From Diplonema japonicum (Eukaryota; Protista; Euglenozoa: Diplonemea): a stretch of 64,000 nucleotides of DNA. Numbering within the stretch: the stretch's first letter is position 1; every line of letters starts with the position of its first letter. The DNA is taken from NCBI GenBank assembly GCA_964019335.1, contig OZ025748.1, positions 186,001 through 250,000 of the forward strand. Reading direction: 5' to 3'. Positions 21,705-33,161 of the stretch are shown here, in pieces. The notes below the pieces were generated by a model. The model worked only from the letters and a program-made list of their open reading frames with translations, was not told where the DNA came from and did not search any database. Both the position numbers and the translations under genes were made by a program.

Positions 21705-24032
21705 TTATCCAATTCTTTCAACAGGTTTGAATGCGTAAGAGAATGCGCGGAACCTTCTTTTGACCAGTCCTACTAGTTCTTTTCTTTTTTTTTTTTTTGT
21801 AAACCAAGAAAATAATTCACCCGAAAATGGTGATTCCAAAACAAAATAAAAAAAAAAAAGGAAAGAAATGTTTTTTTTTTTTTTTTTTTTTATTATTTTC
21901 CTTCTCTCTGAGGAATTGTTTTCCCGGTACACTCGATTTTCCTGGTTTTTACAATATTATTTTTTTTTTTCTTATTTTTATTTTTTTTTTCTTTATGAAA
22001 CAAAAAAAAAAAAAAATAGTGGGTTATCAACAAAACCAGTTGACCTCTTGCCCAAATATATGTTTCCATCCCCTCCCTTCCTTTTTCCGTCTAACCGTGT
22101 TTTGCAAAGGAAAAAAAAAGATTGTGCCGTTTAGTGAGACGATGTCACACAGTACTTCCCCCTCCTTTTCTACATAGTTGATTTTTTCCATTGCAAAGGA
22201 GAAGAAAGGAAAGAAAAAAAAAGGTATAAACGTTTCCCGTCTCTCTCCCCCCCTTTTTTTTTTCCTTTTTTTCACTGTCCGGGACAAAAAACAAGAAGGC
22301 GCAAGAGCTGTGTACCAAACACAAGCTTTAGCCTGGCTCTATAGGGTGGCCGCTTTAACCTTCCTTCCCTGCTATGTAACTGCTTCTCAAGGAAGGCTTT
22401 TTCTGCACCTTTTTTTGCTGTTCTTGTTGTGTGTGTGTCCTGCAAGTATTATATTATACCCCTCCCTTCCTTTTTTTTTTTTCACAATTTTTTTTTCCCT
22501 CTAATTTTATGTTTTTTTTTTTTTTTTGCTTCACGCACCTGTCAAGGGACATGGGGAGGGGGGGGACCATTACATCACGCAAACATTTTCTGTTTTTTCT
22601 TCTTCTTTTTTTTTTTCCTCTTGGTGATGCGTGACGATCGATTCAGGGCTGCTTTTTTTTTTTTCTCCTTTTTTTTTTCTCTTTTTTTTTCACTTGTTTC
22701 AATTTTTGGTCTTTCGTCCCTTTATGTACTGTAGTGAGGTAATTTCAGGGTGTCGATTTTTTTCTCATTCCCCTCTTTTTTTTTTTTTTTTTTTTTTTTT
22801 TGGGCTGTCGTTGTTCCTTTGTAAAGCGAACGCACATCCCACTCCACCAATTCTACAAAAGGTTGTACTCATTATACCCCCCCCCCCATTCATTCTTAGC
22901 CGTTGGTCACGATTTTGGGTATCGTGTTCAGACTGATTAAAGCAACGACAAAAAGATTTTATAAGATACAGCTTTTTAGAAGGAATGATTTTTTTTTTTT
23001 ATCTCCTCCCCCCCTTTTTTGTTGAAAGCTCAAATGCACGGGAAGAAAAAAAAAGGGGGAAAAAAAAAACTGGCTGGTAAGAAGGAATTTTCAATTTTTT
23101 TTTTTTGAAAACTTCTATTCTCCAAGAATTAAAGGGACACTTCTTCTTCAAACGGGAGCGAAAAATAATATTATGCTTTTCCTCTGAAAACACCCCCCTC
23201 AAAAAATCAGCAAAAAACACAGGGAGTAGGGAGGAAGTGTGCAACTTGAACAGATTTTGACTTTTAAAAAAAATAAAAACCCACCAATTTTTAGGGGGTC
23301 CCTTTCCAGTATTTTTTTTCTTTCCACGTTTGTAGGGAAAAAGAAAGATTCTCTGCTTCCTTAACCACAAAGGAAGAATACAGGAGAAATTTTATTCGTC
23401 TTTTTTCTCTTATGCCCTCCCCCCCCCCTTTTTTTTCCCCATTTCTTGTTTCCGCAATTTATTTTTGTACTTTCTTCTTGTTGCATTCACTAGTCTTTCA
23501 ATAGGTTTGTGTGACTTGAGGCGAAAGAGGTGAGCTTTCAAGGCGAAAAAAAAAAAAGGAAATGAAAAAGAAAAGCAAGGAATAAAAAGATGGGAAAAAA
23601 AAAAAGAAACTCTTTTTTTCTTTTCTTTTCTTTTTTTTCCCAGCCTTTTCTGTAATTTTCATTTTTTTTCTTTTTCGTGACCCTCTTTCTTCTCTTTTCC
23701 TCCATCTTTCTCCATCTCTTTCCTTCATTTTTCTCCTCTTCCCCTTCTTTCCTTCATCCTGCTACACATAATTTCTCCCTCTCTCCTCACTATTGCCTTA
23801 CCTGAGATTTTGCAGGTGGGGTAAATATGACAAAAAAAAAAAAAAGGAATCCGCACACACCCACTGCACGCACGCTCCTTCTAGTTCCCCTCCCCATCCC
23901 TATCCCCTCTTATTTTCCCTCTCTTATTTTACCCCCAACTTTATTTAATAAGCTTCGCCGCCTCTGCCCTGTGTCAACCATTCGTAGGTTAGAAGTGAAA
24001 AAAAAAAAAGAAGAAGAAAAACTAGTAAATAA

Positions 24033-25043
24033 ATGGAGTTTGCCTTGTCCCTCGCGATGTGCTTCACCTTTGCCAGTGCACAGGAACACTTTTTCAAGAA
24101 CCCCACCTTCTACAAGAGCAAGGACTGCACGGGGGAGGCGGACCCTGCATCGGCCCTGTGGGGCTTTCCTGCGACGGACGGCGTTGTGGTGAAGCCCTTC
24201 TCTGTGGCGGGTGCGGAGCTGAACGGGCAGACGATCGGGAGGTGCATGACAGGGGGTGGCGGTGCGAAGGACTCGGTGATGCTTTCGATCAACAAGACGA
24301 TGTGCACCGTTGGGGAGGGAGAGCTCTCCCTGGAGATGGTGTACTGGGGGGGATCGACAAGCTGTGAGGGGACGGGGCAGCTGCTGCGGCTGATCGAGGG
24401 GAAGTGCGTGGAGACGCAGCTCGGGTCGGCGCTGTTCAACGTGTCTCTGTCCTCGAGCGAGATCTGCACGATGATGCAGTTCCTGACCGACGCGTGGAAG
24501 GGGGGACTGAGGCTGAGGGGATACCTCGGCTCCAACTGCACGGGGCTGGTGACAGAGAATGGCGTGATCCCGACGAAGACCCCCTCGTGCGGGGCGGAGC
24601 CGCAGTGCAAGGGGTGCTGCCCTCTCTGGAACAGCAAGGGCTGCACGAAGACCGGGCAGTTCAAGAAGGTTCTGACCTCGTGCCGGAAGGTGGCGGGGTC
24701 TTGGGAGGGCGGGCTCATGAGCACCGGCTACAGCAACGACAAGTGCACCTCTGTGGACAACACCGAGTACTACCTTGGGCTCCCGCTCTACATGAACGAC
24801 GGGTCGAAGCAGCTGTGCAGCGAGACCCGTGACGGCTACCTCGGTGTCTCCATGGAGGCAGACTTCGTGGCACCCCTCACCATCGACACCTACTGCAAGT
24901 GGGTGGAGCTCAACACGAAGTTCGGTGTCGACGGCTTCCTTACTTGGAACCAGTTCAAGGAGGCTGTGAACGCGGCTCCCACAGCCCACCCCATCTCCGC
25001 CTTCGCCTTGGCTGTCCTTCTTCTTCTTGCTGTGTTGCTGTAG
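24033..25043 (+). CDS. Cys-rich, predicted GPI-anchored surface protein Y, copy 1 (336 aa)
   Basis: Signal peptide MEFALSLAMCFTFASA; ~16 Cys; C-terminal small residues + hydrophobic tail NAAPTAHPISAFALAVLLLLAVLL; high GC3. Confidence 0.85.
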   Translation: MEFALSLAMCFTFASAQEHFFKNPTFYKSKDCTGEADPASALWGFPATDGVVVKPFSVAGAELNGQTIGRCMTGGGGAKDSVMLSINKTMCTVGEGELSLEMVYWGGSTSCEGTGQLLRLIEGKCVETQLGSALFNVSLSSSEICTMMQFLTDAWKGGLRLRGYLGSNCTGLVTENGVIPTKTPSCGAEPQCKGCCPLWNSKGCTKTGQFKKVLTSCRKVAGSWEGGLMSTGYSNDKCTSVDNTEYYLGLPLYMNDGSKQLCSETRDGYLGVSMEADFVAPLTIDTYCKWVELNTKFGVDGFLTWNQFKEAVNAAPTAHPISAFALAVLLLLAVLL

Positions 25044-25379
25044 AGAGATCAATTATATATTCTCATTTTGAAAAAAACCAAAAGAAAGTTTCTTTTTGTT
25101 TTGTTTTTTGCTTCACTCTTTTTTCTCTCTCCGCTAACTCTGATCTGACGGCATGTCTTACATTCCTGGTTTGTTTCACGGGTGGTCCTTAACAGGGGCT
25201 TGCTCTTTTTTTTTTTCTTTTCTTTTCTTCTTTTTTCTTTACATTTCGGGAGGAATTCCTTAGAAATCGTGTCACATAAGGGACAAAGTACAACCTTTTT
25301 TCATGATTTCTCATTTTGTTTTCTGCCTTTCTCATGATGTTCATATATATGAGCAAGACATGTATTCCTTCCGAAAAAA

Positions 25380-25417
<38 letters not shown>

Positions 25418-25553
25418 AGAGGTGCTCTCTCTCACTATCTCTCTCTACTCCCTCCCTCGTTTTTTCCATTCTATATATTTTTGAATTTTGTGCCGCTTTT
25501 TTCTGTGCCATCACCATCGCCACCAACACCACAGGGGGGTATTGCAAAGCAAG

Positions 25554-26154
25554 ATGCACCCTGCGATCTACAGGCTCCGGGCTCACATGAAGCCCGGTGA
25601 GCAGAAGTTCATGTGGAAGAGGTCGTACTACTTCAACACGATGTGGAGGAAGTTCAAGCATGGCTACTTCGGGATGGACGTATGGCATCAAGGAAAACCA
25701 TTCTTAAAAACAAACAAACACACACACAGACCCTCCCCCACACCTTCTACTTCGTTCTGCCGTTTGTGTACGCAAGCTACATGATCTTCAGCGACCTGTT
25801 CTACCACCCTGACATCGACTCCTCGTGGCTCTTGATCGAACCCTTGAAGTCTTTCTTTGACAACCAGGTACTGCATGGAAATTTAAAGGAAGAAACCATA
25901 AAAACAAACAGGGTGCGTACAGGCAGGATTTCTACCAGGAGGGGCAGACCTTCCGTCTTTACGACCACGCTCCTCTGTATGGGCATTTAAGAATGGGAAA
26001 AAAAAAAAAAAAAAAAAAAAACAGGGCGTTCGGTCTGAAGGGTAGGCATAGGGCTATGATTGAGGCTGGTATTGACGTGAACTGCCCCACTTCTTCCATG
26101 TACGGGAAGAGGGTGCTCAAGATCGATGAGGTGGTCCCCTATGAGGCGGAATAG
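25554..26154 (+). CDS. Small single-TM protein, copy 1, possibly an NDUFA4/B12D-like mitochondrial subunit; join(25554..25679,25730..25867,25912..25976,26025..26154), 152 aa
   Basis: Three GT..CAG introns (50, 44, 48 nt) join into one open frame MHPAIYRL...TFYFVLPFVYASYMIFSDLFYHPDI...VVPYEAE*. A TM followed by HPDI resembles the NPDV motif; the function call is weak. Confidence 0.75.
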
Positions 26155-26551
26155 ACAAAACGGAGAGGTGAAAAAAAAGTTTTTTTCAAAGTTGAAAGGA
26201 GGGAGAGGGAAGAGAGATTTCTTTTTAAAGGGGGCGCTGTTGCGAAAGGAACACGCATTTCTTCTTTTTGTGTGCCTTTTTTTTTGTTTTTTTCCATCAA
26301 AGAAAAATATTCTGCCCTTTATTTTTCTTTTTTCTGTGATTTTCTTTTTTTTTTTCAGAACCCTCATGGGAGGGATGAAAAGGGGGGAAATGAATAACTA
26401 CCACCACGACGGTCCACGGTTGACTTTATGACTTTTCTTTTTTTTTTTTTACTTTTCAAGTGTTCTTATTTTTCTCTTGTTCAACCTGCTGAGGGGTTTC
26501 AAAGCACAACTAACAGAGAGACACGCAAAAAAAAAAAAAAAAGAAAGGAAA

Positions 26552-27613
26552 ATGAGGACGATGTCTGTTGTGATGCTTGCCCTGCTTGCGGGGTCCGCGC
26601 AGGGTCTGTCTGTGGAGTACGTGAACGCGAACGCGAGGACGATGTTCAAGGCCTTCAAGACGGACTACAGCAAGGTGTACACCTCTGTTGTGGAGGAGGA
26701 GAGGAGGTTCGCGATCTTCTCGGAGAACCTGATGAAGGCGGCGAGGTACGAGATGGAGCAGACGCACGGGGCCACCTTCGGGGTGAACGCCTTCTCCGAC
26801 CTCTCGGCCGAGGAGTTCAAGGGGCGCCACAACCTGAGGGTCCCGAAGAAGACTGGTCCTCCTGCTGCCCCTGTTTCTGTGACGGGTCCCACTGAGGTTG
26901 ATTGGAGGACGAAGGGTGCTGTTACCCATGTGAAGAACCAGGCTCAGTGTGGAAGGTGTTTAAAAAAACAAATAAATAAATAAATAAATAAAAATGAACA
27001 AAAAAAATAATTCTTTTTTTTTTTTTTTTTTTTTCACAGCTGCTGGGCCTTCTCTACAACTGGAGGGATCGAGGGTCAGTGGTTCCTTTCAGGTCAGACC
27101 CTGACCTCGCTGTCTGAGCAGGAGCTTGTGTCGTGCGACAAGAACGACGATGGGTGCAACGGGGGTCTCATGGACAACGCCTTCAAGTGGCTTCTGTCTG
27201 CGCACAGCGGTCAGGTGGTGACGGAGGCCTCGTACCCTTACACCTCGGGTGGCGGGAACAGCGGGTCGTGCCAAGAGGTGTCTGGGAAGGCGGTGGGGGC
27301 CACCATCAAGGGCTACAAGGACATCGCGCACGACGAGACCTCGATGGCGACCTTCGTCGGTGTCAGCGGTCCCCTCTCCATCGCTGTGGACGCGCAGAAG
27401 TGGCAGACCTACACCGGTGGGGTCCTCTCCAACTGCTGCGGGATCTTCGGGTGCCAGCTGGACCACGGCGTCCTCATCGTCGGCTACGCCCCCGAGTACT
27501 GGATCATCAAGAACTCCTGGGGTCCCAGCTGGGGCGAGAACGGCTACATCCGCGTCAAGAGGGGCGACAACGAGTGCGGCCTCAACGAGTCCCCTTGCTC
27601 CTCGGAGATCTGA
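26552..27613 (+). CDS. Cathepsin L-like cysteine protease, paralog A, copy 2; join(26552..26955,27040..27613)
   Basis: Same protein as copy 1; intron 26956-27039. Confidence 0.95.
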
Positions 27614-28291
27614 GATGGGTGAACTTGAAAGAGTGGTTTTAAGAGAAAACAACAAACAAAAAAAGAAGAAAAAAAAAAAAAAAAAAAAAAACACACACAT
27701 GTCTTGTCTAGGTTGAGAGAGATTCCATTCTTTCTTTCTCTTTCTCTTATTCAGTCCGTGTGCTCTTCTTCCCTACCTACTATTTTCTTTTTTCTTTTCC
27801 AAACGGTTAACGATCTGATTTTCTTTCTTTCCTGTTTTGTTACTTCTAACAAGAGTGCTTCCTTTTGTGTGATTACCCTTTTTTCTCTATTCGTAGTTGT
27901 GTTGTTTTTATTTTATATCTTTTTGCAATGAAATAAAAAGGGGCTTGTGAATGTTTTTTTTTTTTTGCGTCCTGCCACACCTGTACCTCGTCGCGGGCAC
28001 TTAAGGAAGATTGGTTTAGACAACGAAGCTTTGCCCGAAGAATGGGCGCAGCTTAAGGAACACACAAGCTGTTGAAACGACGTGCTGCATGTGGCAGGTC
28101 AAGGAGTCCTTTCTAAGGTTTCCTGTGCGACACTGCAATGCAACAAGTAACCCAACTCTGGTTAAGAAGCCTTGACGGCCGCGAGAACAAAAAAAAATTT
28201 CAAGTTGGGGGGGGGGGGGGGGGGGATATTCTTGGAGCGGTGGTGACCGCAACACTGCTTTCCATCCTATTTTCATTCCTGGTTGCAGTAA

Positions 28292-28615
28292 CTAGTTGTC
28301 CCTCTTTGAGCCTTCGCGGCAACCTAAACAGGGTTATTCCATACCAGTTATACATGAAGCAATGTAGCCCAGTAACTTTGAAAGTGAAATAGTTTGGCAA
28401 AGAAAAAGTCAAAAGAATCGCTGGGGGGGGGGGGGGGGGGGGACAAGGATAAGGATAAAAACAATAAAAGAAGGGTTTTAAAAAAGAAAAAAGCTTTGTG
28501 AAGGGCGGTGGGCAGCCTGGCACTGGGTGAGCCTGGCAGCCCCTTAGGGCTTGCTTATAGGTCTTTGCCGTGAGGTGGCTGTCTTTCGTTTTTATGAGAT
28601 CGACATTTAGCGAGA
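28292..28615 (-). mobile_element. Non-autonomous Helitron-like element (~324 bp)
   Basis: Minus strand A|TCtcgcta ... gccgcgaaggc hairpin ... acaaCTAG|T. Both ends are shared with the independent copy at 48016-48297. Confidence 0.55.
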
Positions 28616-28822
28616 TTAAAAAAAAAAAAAAAAGAGAAGAAAAAAAGAGGGGAAAAAAAAAAGAAGGGGATAAAAAAATCTATGGGATCCCGGCTAACAA
28701 TATCGTTACCTGCCGTAAACAGCTTATGGCTGCAGTTTTGAGAATAATGACAAGCACTCCTGTTGGCTGGCCACACCACCCACACTACTTACCACCATCA
28801 CACAGTTAAAGAGAAAGGAAAG

Positions 28823-29889
28823 ATGTTGAAGACCGCGATGCTGCTGGCGATGCCGTGCCTTGCACTGGCTGCTGGGTTCGAGAGCGAGCGTGCGCAGTTC
28901 GAGGCGTTCAAGGCACAGTACGGGAAGACCTACAAGAGCGCTGCGGAGGAGGAGACGAGGTTCTCTGCCTTCAGGGCATCGCTGACGAGGGTGCGCGCCT
29001 CGCAGAACCCGACGCACGGGGTGACGAAGTTCAGCGACCTCACTCCGCAGGAGTTCAAGAAGATGTACCTCACGAGGAAGCCGTCTGCTGCACCGCAGCA
29101 GGAGGAGTGGGACGGGAAGTGCACGGCGTGCGAGAGGTTCCCTGAGGTGAAGGGGTTGAAGAACGATACCGCTTGGGACTGGACCACGAAGGGGGCTGTC
29201 ACCAAGGTTAAGAACCAGGGGCAGTGCGGGAGGTATTAAAAAAAAAAAAAAAAAAAAAGAAAATCAAAACATTTTGACTCACCTCACACCATCACAGCTG
29301 CTGGAGCTTCGGGACGACTGGAGACATCGAGGGGACGTGGTTCCTCGCGGGGCACGCCCTGACCTCGCTGTCTGAGCAGGAGCTTGTGTCGTGCGACAAG
29401 ACTGACGACGGGTGCAACGGGGGTCTGCAGGAGGACGCGTTCGCGTGGGTGATGAAGAGGGGCGGGCTGGTGGCGGAGGAGACGTACCCGTACCACTCTG
29501 GGGACGGGATCAGCGGGACCTGCAAGGAGACGAAGACGACACCGATCGTGGCGTCCATCAAGAGCTGGTACCAGGTGTCGAAGAGCGCTGCAGGGGAGGC
29601 GGGGATCGCGACGCAGCTGCCGCAGGTGGGGCCCATCACCATCGGGATCAACGCTGGGCCCATGCAGGACTACAGGGGTGGGATCGACAACCCTGCGCAC
29701 TGCCCTGGCGCTGCGCGCGACCTCGACCACGCCGTCCTCATCGTCGGCTTCGGGTCCGAGAACGGCGTCGACTACTGGAAGATCAAGAACTCCTGGGCCG
29801 CCAGCTGGGGTGAGGAGGGCTACTACAGGATCGTCAGGGGGGTCAACAAGTGCGGTGTTGCCACTGATGCCGTTCACTCTCGTGTCTGA
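28823..29889 (+). CDS. Cathepsin L-like cysteine protease, paralog B, copy 1; join(28823..29232,29298..29889), 333 aa
   Basis: Signal peptide; prodomain (EEETRFSAF, GVTKFSDL). Removing intron 29233-29297 restores QCGSCWSFG. LDHAV and KNSW present. Confidence 0.95.
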
Positions 29890-29933
29890 GGAGGGGGAGT
29901 GTTTGTCAAAGTAACAAAATGACAAATTTTTAC

Positions 29934-29973
<40 letters not shown>

Positions 29974-30362
29974 GAAGTGGGAGGGATCTTCCTTTTTTTT
30001 TTTTATGTAACAAAAAATTAACTGAAAGAAAGAAGAGAAAAGAAAAACAAAACCCTTCTCATATCCACATCCCCATATTAGCCCAGCAGCAGTTTGCAAA
30101 AGTGTGATTTTCAAATGTATTGTGATACCAGCGGGCTTTTCTTTTTATACTTCCTTCTTCTTGTTTCTTTTTTTCTTTGCAATGGGTTTAAAAGGTGGCA
30201 TCACCGTTATGTTTGCTTTTTATCCTTCCATTTGTGTCCTTTCTTTTCTGCAACGTTTTCTTCCTTTCTTTCCTTTTTTTTTTTGTTTTATTTGGGCATG
30301 CTCTTTTAATAACCCCCTAAATAGCAGACTAAGTCAATTCAAAAAAAAAAAAAAAAAGAAAG

Positions 30363-31421
30363 ATGAAATCTGTCTACATCCTTGTGTCTTTGTGTGTGTC
30401 CCTTGTAGCGGGAGAGGGAGGGGACCTGTTCGTCCTTCCGTCTCTGTACAAGAGCAAGGATTGCACGGGGGTAGCGGACCCTGTATCGGCGAAGTGGAGC
30501 TACCTTGCGAAGGACGGTGTTGCGGTGAAGCCCTTTTTTGATGCGGAGGGGGGCACAGGCCGCAGTGCTGCGTACGCCATGAACCAGTGCTTGACGGACA
30601 GCAGCGTGGCGTACTCGGTGATGCTGACGATCGACGGGGCGGCGTGCCCGGACAACGGGGGCGACTCTCTGCAGCTGTCGTACTGGGGGGACTCGACAAG
30701 CTGCGAGGGGTCGGCGGGCAGCAACACGACGCTGACGGAAGGGAGCTGTGTGGCGACGCCGCTCGGGTCGGCCCTCTTCAACACGTCTCTGAAGAATGAG
30801 AGCGAGCTGTGCGTGCTGATGAACTACAGGACGGCGATGGAGACAGGGGGGGTGAGGAGGCGGGTGTGGGTGGGGGAGAGCAACGGGAACCACATCTCGA
30901 CCTGTGCGGATGGGTCGGAGACCTCGAACAGGCTGACTACCATGGCGGTCGGGAGCAGCTGCAGCAACAGCAACAAGGCTGCGTGCGGGTGCTGCAAGGC
31001 GTACGACCCGAAGACCTGCGAGGCCTTGTCCGGCTACGACTCCACCGTGAGGGCGTGCTACGTGAATGAAGGGGGTGAGTGGGCGGCGGCCGACGTGGAG
31101 TGGAGCTACACCGACGGGACGTGCAGGAACCGCACAAGCAGGAACCCCGCCTTGATCACAAAGGTGAACCAGCCGTGCACCTTTGCGGTCCACACCTCAA
31201 GGGACAGCGTCGCGGCGAAGGTGGATTTGGTGGCACCCCTCACCATCGACATCTACTGCCAGTACGTGCAGCTGAACGCAAGGCACGACGTCGACGGCTA
31301 CCTGACCTGGGAGAGCTTCCAGGATAGGTTCTACTCCTGGAACAGCGCTCCCTCTGGAGCCCACCCCGTCTCTGTCATGGCGCTTCTTTCTCTCTCCGTT
31401 GCGGTTGCTGTGTTGTTCTAA
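30363..31421 (+). CDS. Cys-rich, predicted GPI-anchored surface protein X, copy 1 (352 aa), paralog of Y
   Basis: Signal peptide. Shares YKSKDCTGxADPxSA, YWGxSTSCEG, LGSALFN and VAPLTIDxYC with Y. Hydrophobic C-tail. Confidence 0.85.
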   Translation: MKSVYILVSLCVSLVAGEGGDLFVLPSLYKSKDCTGVADPVSAKWSYLAKDGVAVKPFFDAEGGTGRSAAYAMNQCLTDSSVAYSVMLTIDGAACPDNGGDSLQLSYWGDSTSCEGSAGSNTTLTEGSCVATPLGSALFNTSLKNESELCVLMNYRTAMETGGVRRRVWVGESNGNHISTCADGSETSNRLTTMAVGSSCSNSNKAACGCCKAYDPKTCEALSGYDSTVRACYVNEGGEWAAADVEWSYTDGTCRNRTSRNPALITKVNQPCTFAVHTSRDSVAAKVDLVAPLTIDIYCQYVQLNARHDVDGYLTWESFQDRFYSWNSAPSGAHPVSVMALLSLSVAVAVLF

Positions 31422-31514
31422 ACATTGAATATGAAGGGGGGAGGTGTCTAGAGGATACATCAATATCGTCAGAAAACCCCAGAATAGATAAACCTCTCAT
31501 CTAAACTAAACTTA

Positions 31515-31547
<33 letters not shown>

Positions 31548-32150
31548 ATTATCATGACCAACACCATGGGAGAAAAAAAAAGAGAGACATAGAAGGGTGG
31601 AGAAAACCTCACAACTATCCTTCTCTTTTCTTTTCATGGTGTTCCTTCCCTTTTTTCTCTCCTTTCTTTTCTTTCTTTCTTTTTTTTTTTTCTTCATCCC
31701 TCCGTGTGAGTCCCAACAGTCCTATCTTCATTTTCGTTGGCTCACAGGGAGGGAGAGTAAAAAAACGAAACCTATCCTGTGATTTTTCAGTCCTCCCTCA
31801 TTTTTCTTCTTTTCTTGCTCGTTCCGTGTGGCCCTTTTGACAGCAGTTCTTCTCGGCACGTACTTTGTCGTTGTTTCACCACCACCCTCTTTAAGGCAAA
31901 ACAAAAGAGTATTCTGTACCGTCTTCTTGAGCCAACCTTCTCTTCCCTGAAGAGATAATAATATTATAATAATATATATTGGGTGACTGGTGCTGCTGTC
32001 GAAAGGGTGGGGCGATTCTTGTTTTTTTTTTTTTTTTTCTTTGATCTTCTGTTCTTCTTTTTTGTTTTCTTTTTTAAAAGTCCCGTCCACCCCACACTCT
32101 TGAAGAACACAGGTTTGTACACATTCAATAAAACAAATAGAAAAGAAAAA

Positions 32151-33161
32151 ATGAAGTTTGCCTTGTCCCTCGCGATGTGCTTCACCTTTGCCAGTGCACA
32201 GGAACACTTTTTCAAGAACCCCACCTTCTACAAGAGCAAGGACTGCACGGGGGAGGCGGACCCTGCATCGGCCCTGTGGGGCTTTCCTGCGACGGACGGC
32301 GTTGTGGTGAAGCCCTTCTCTGTGGCGGGTGCGGAGCTGAACGGGCAGACGATCGGGAGGTGCATGACAGGGGGTGGCGGTGCGAAGGACTCGGTGATGC
32401 TTTCGATCAACAAGACGATGTGCACCGTTGGGGAGGGAGAGCTCTCCCTGGAGATGGTGTACTGGGGGGGATCGACAAGCTGTGAGGGGACGGGGCAGCT
32501 GCTGCGGCTGATCGAGGGGAAGTGCGTGGAGACGCAGCTCGGGTCGGCGCTGTTCAACGTGTCTCTGTCCTCGAGCGAGATCTGCACGATGATGCAGTTC
32601 CTGACCGACGCGTGGAAGGGGGGACTGAGGCTGAGGGGATACCTCGGCTCCAACTGCACGGGGCTGGTGACAGAGAATGGCGTGATCCCGACGAAGACCC
32701 CCTCGTGCGGGGCGGAGCCGCAGTGCAAGGGGTGCTGCCCTCTCTGGAACAGCAAGGGCTGCACGAAGACCGGGCAGTTCAAGAAGGTTCTGACCTCGTG
32801 CCGGAAGGTGGCGGGGTCTTGGGAGGGCGGGCTCATGAGCACCGGCTACAGCAACGACAAGTGCACCTCTGTGGACAACACCGAGTACTACCTTGGGCTC
32901 CCGCTCTACATGAACGACGGGTCGAAGCAGCTGTGCAGCGAGACCCGTGACGGCTACCTCGGTGTCTCCATGGAGGCAGACTTCGTGGCACCCCTCACCA
33001 TCGACACCTACTGCAAGTGGGTGGAGCTCAACACGAAGTTCGGTGTCGACGGCTTCCTTACTTGGAACCAGTTCAAGGAGGCTGTGAACGCGGCTCCCAC
33101 AGCCCACCCCATCTCCGCCTTCGCCTTGGCTGTCCTTCTTCTTCTTGCTGTGTTGCTGTAG
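32151..33161 (+). CDS. GPI-anchored surface protein Y, copy 2
   Basis: ATG at 32151 (MKFALS...); otherwise identical to copy 1. Confidence 0.85.
   Translation: MKFALSLAMCFTFASAQEHFFKNPTFYKSKDCTGEADPASALWGFPATDGVVVKPFSVAGAELNGQTIGRCMTGGGGAKDSVMLSINKTMCTVGEGELSLEMVYWGGSTSCEGTGQLLRLIEGKCVETQLGSALFNVSLSSSEICTMMQFLTDAWKGGLRLRGYLGSNCTGLVTENGVIPTKTPSCGAEPQCKGCCPLWNSKGCTKTGQFKKVLTSCRKVAGSWEGGLMSTGYSNDKCTSVDNTEYYLGLPLYMNDGSKQLCSETRDGYLGVSMEADFVAPLTIDTYCKWVELNTKFGVDGFLTWNQFKEAVNAAPTAHPISAFALAVLLLLAVLL

Larger units (their letters stand above)
24031..26173 (+). repeat. Segmental direct repeat of 32149..34293 (surface protein Y + 4-exon gene)
   Basis: Essentially identical apart from homopolymer lengths and codon 2 of Y; offset 8118-8120. 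Confidence 0.95.

Noticed and set aside
9882-23728. Many poly-Lys/poly-Phe ORFs
   Set aside because: Translations of A/T homopolymer runs.
27970-28190. Possible LINE C-terminal relic (GHLRKIGLD...)
   Set aside because: Too short and degenerate; no clear CCHC or RT motif.
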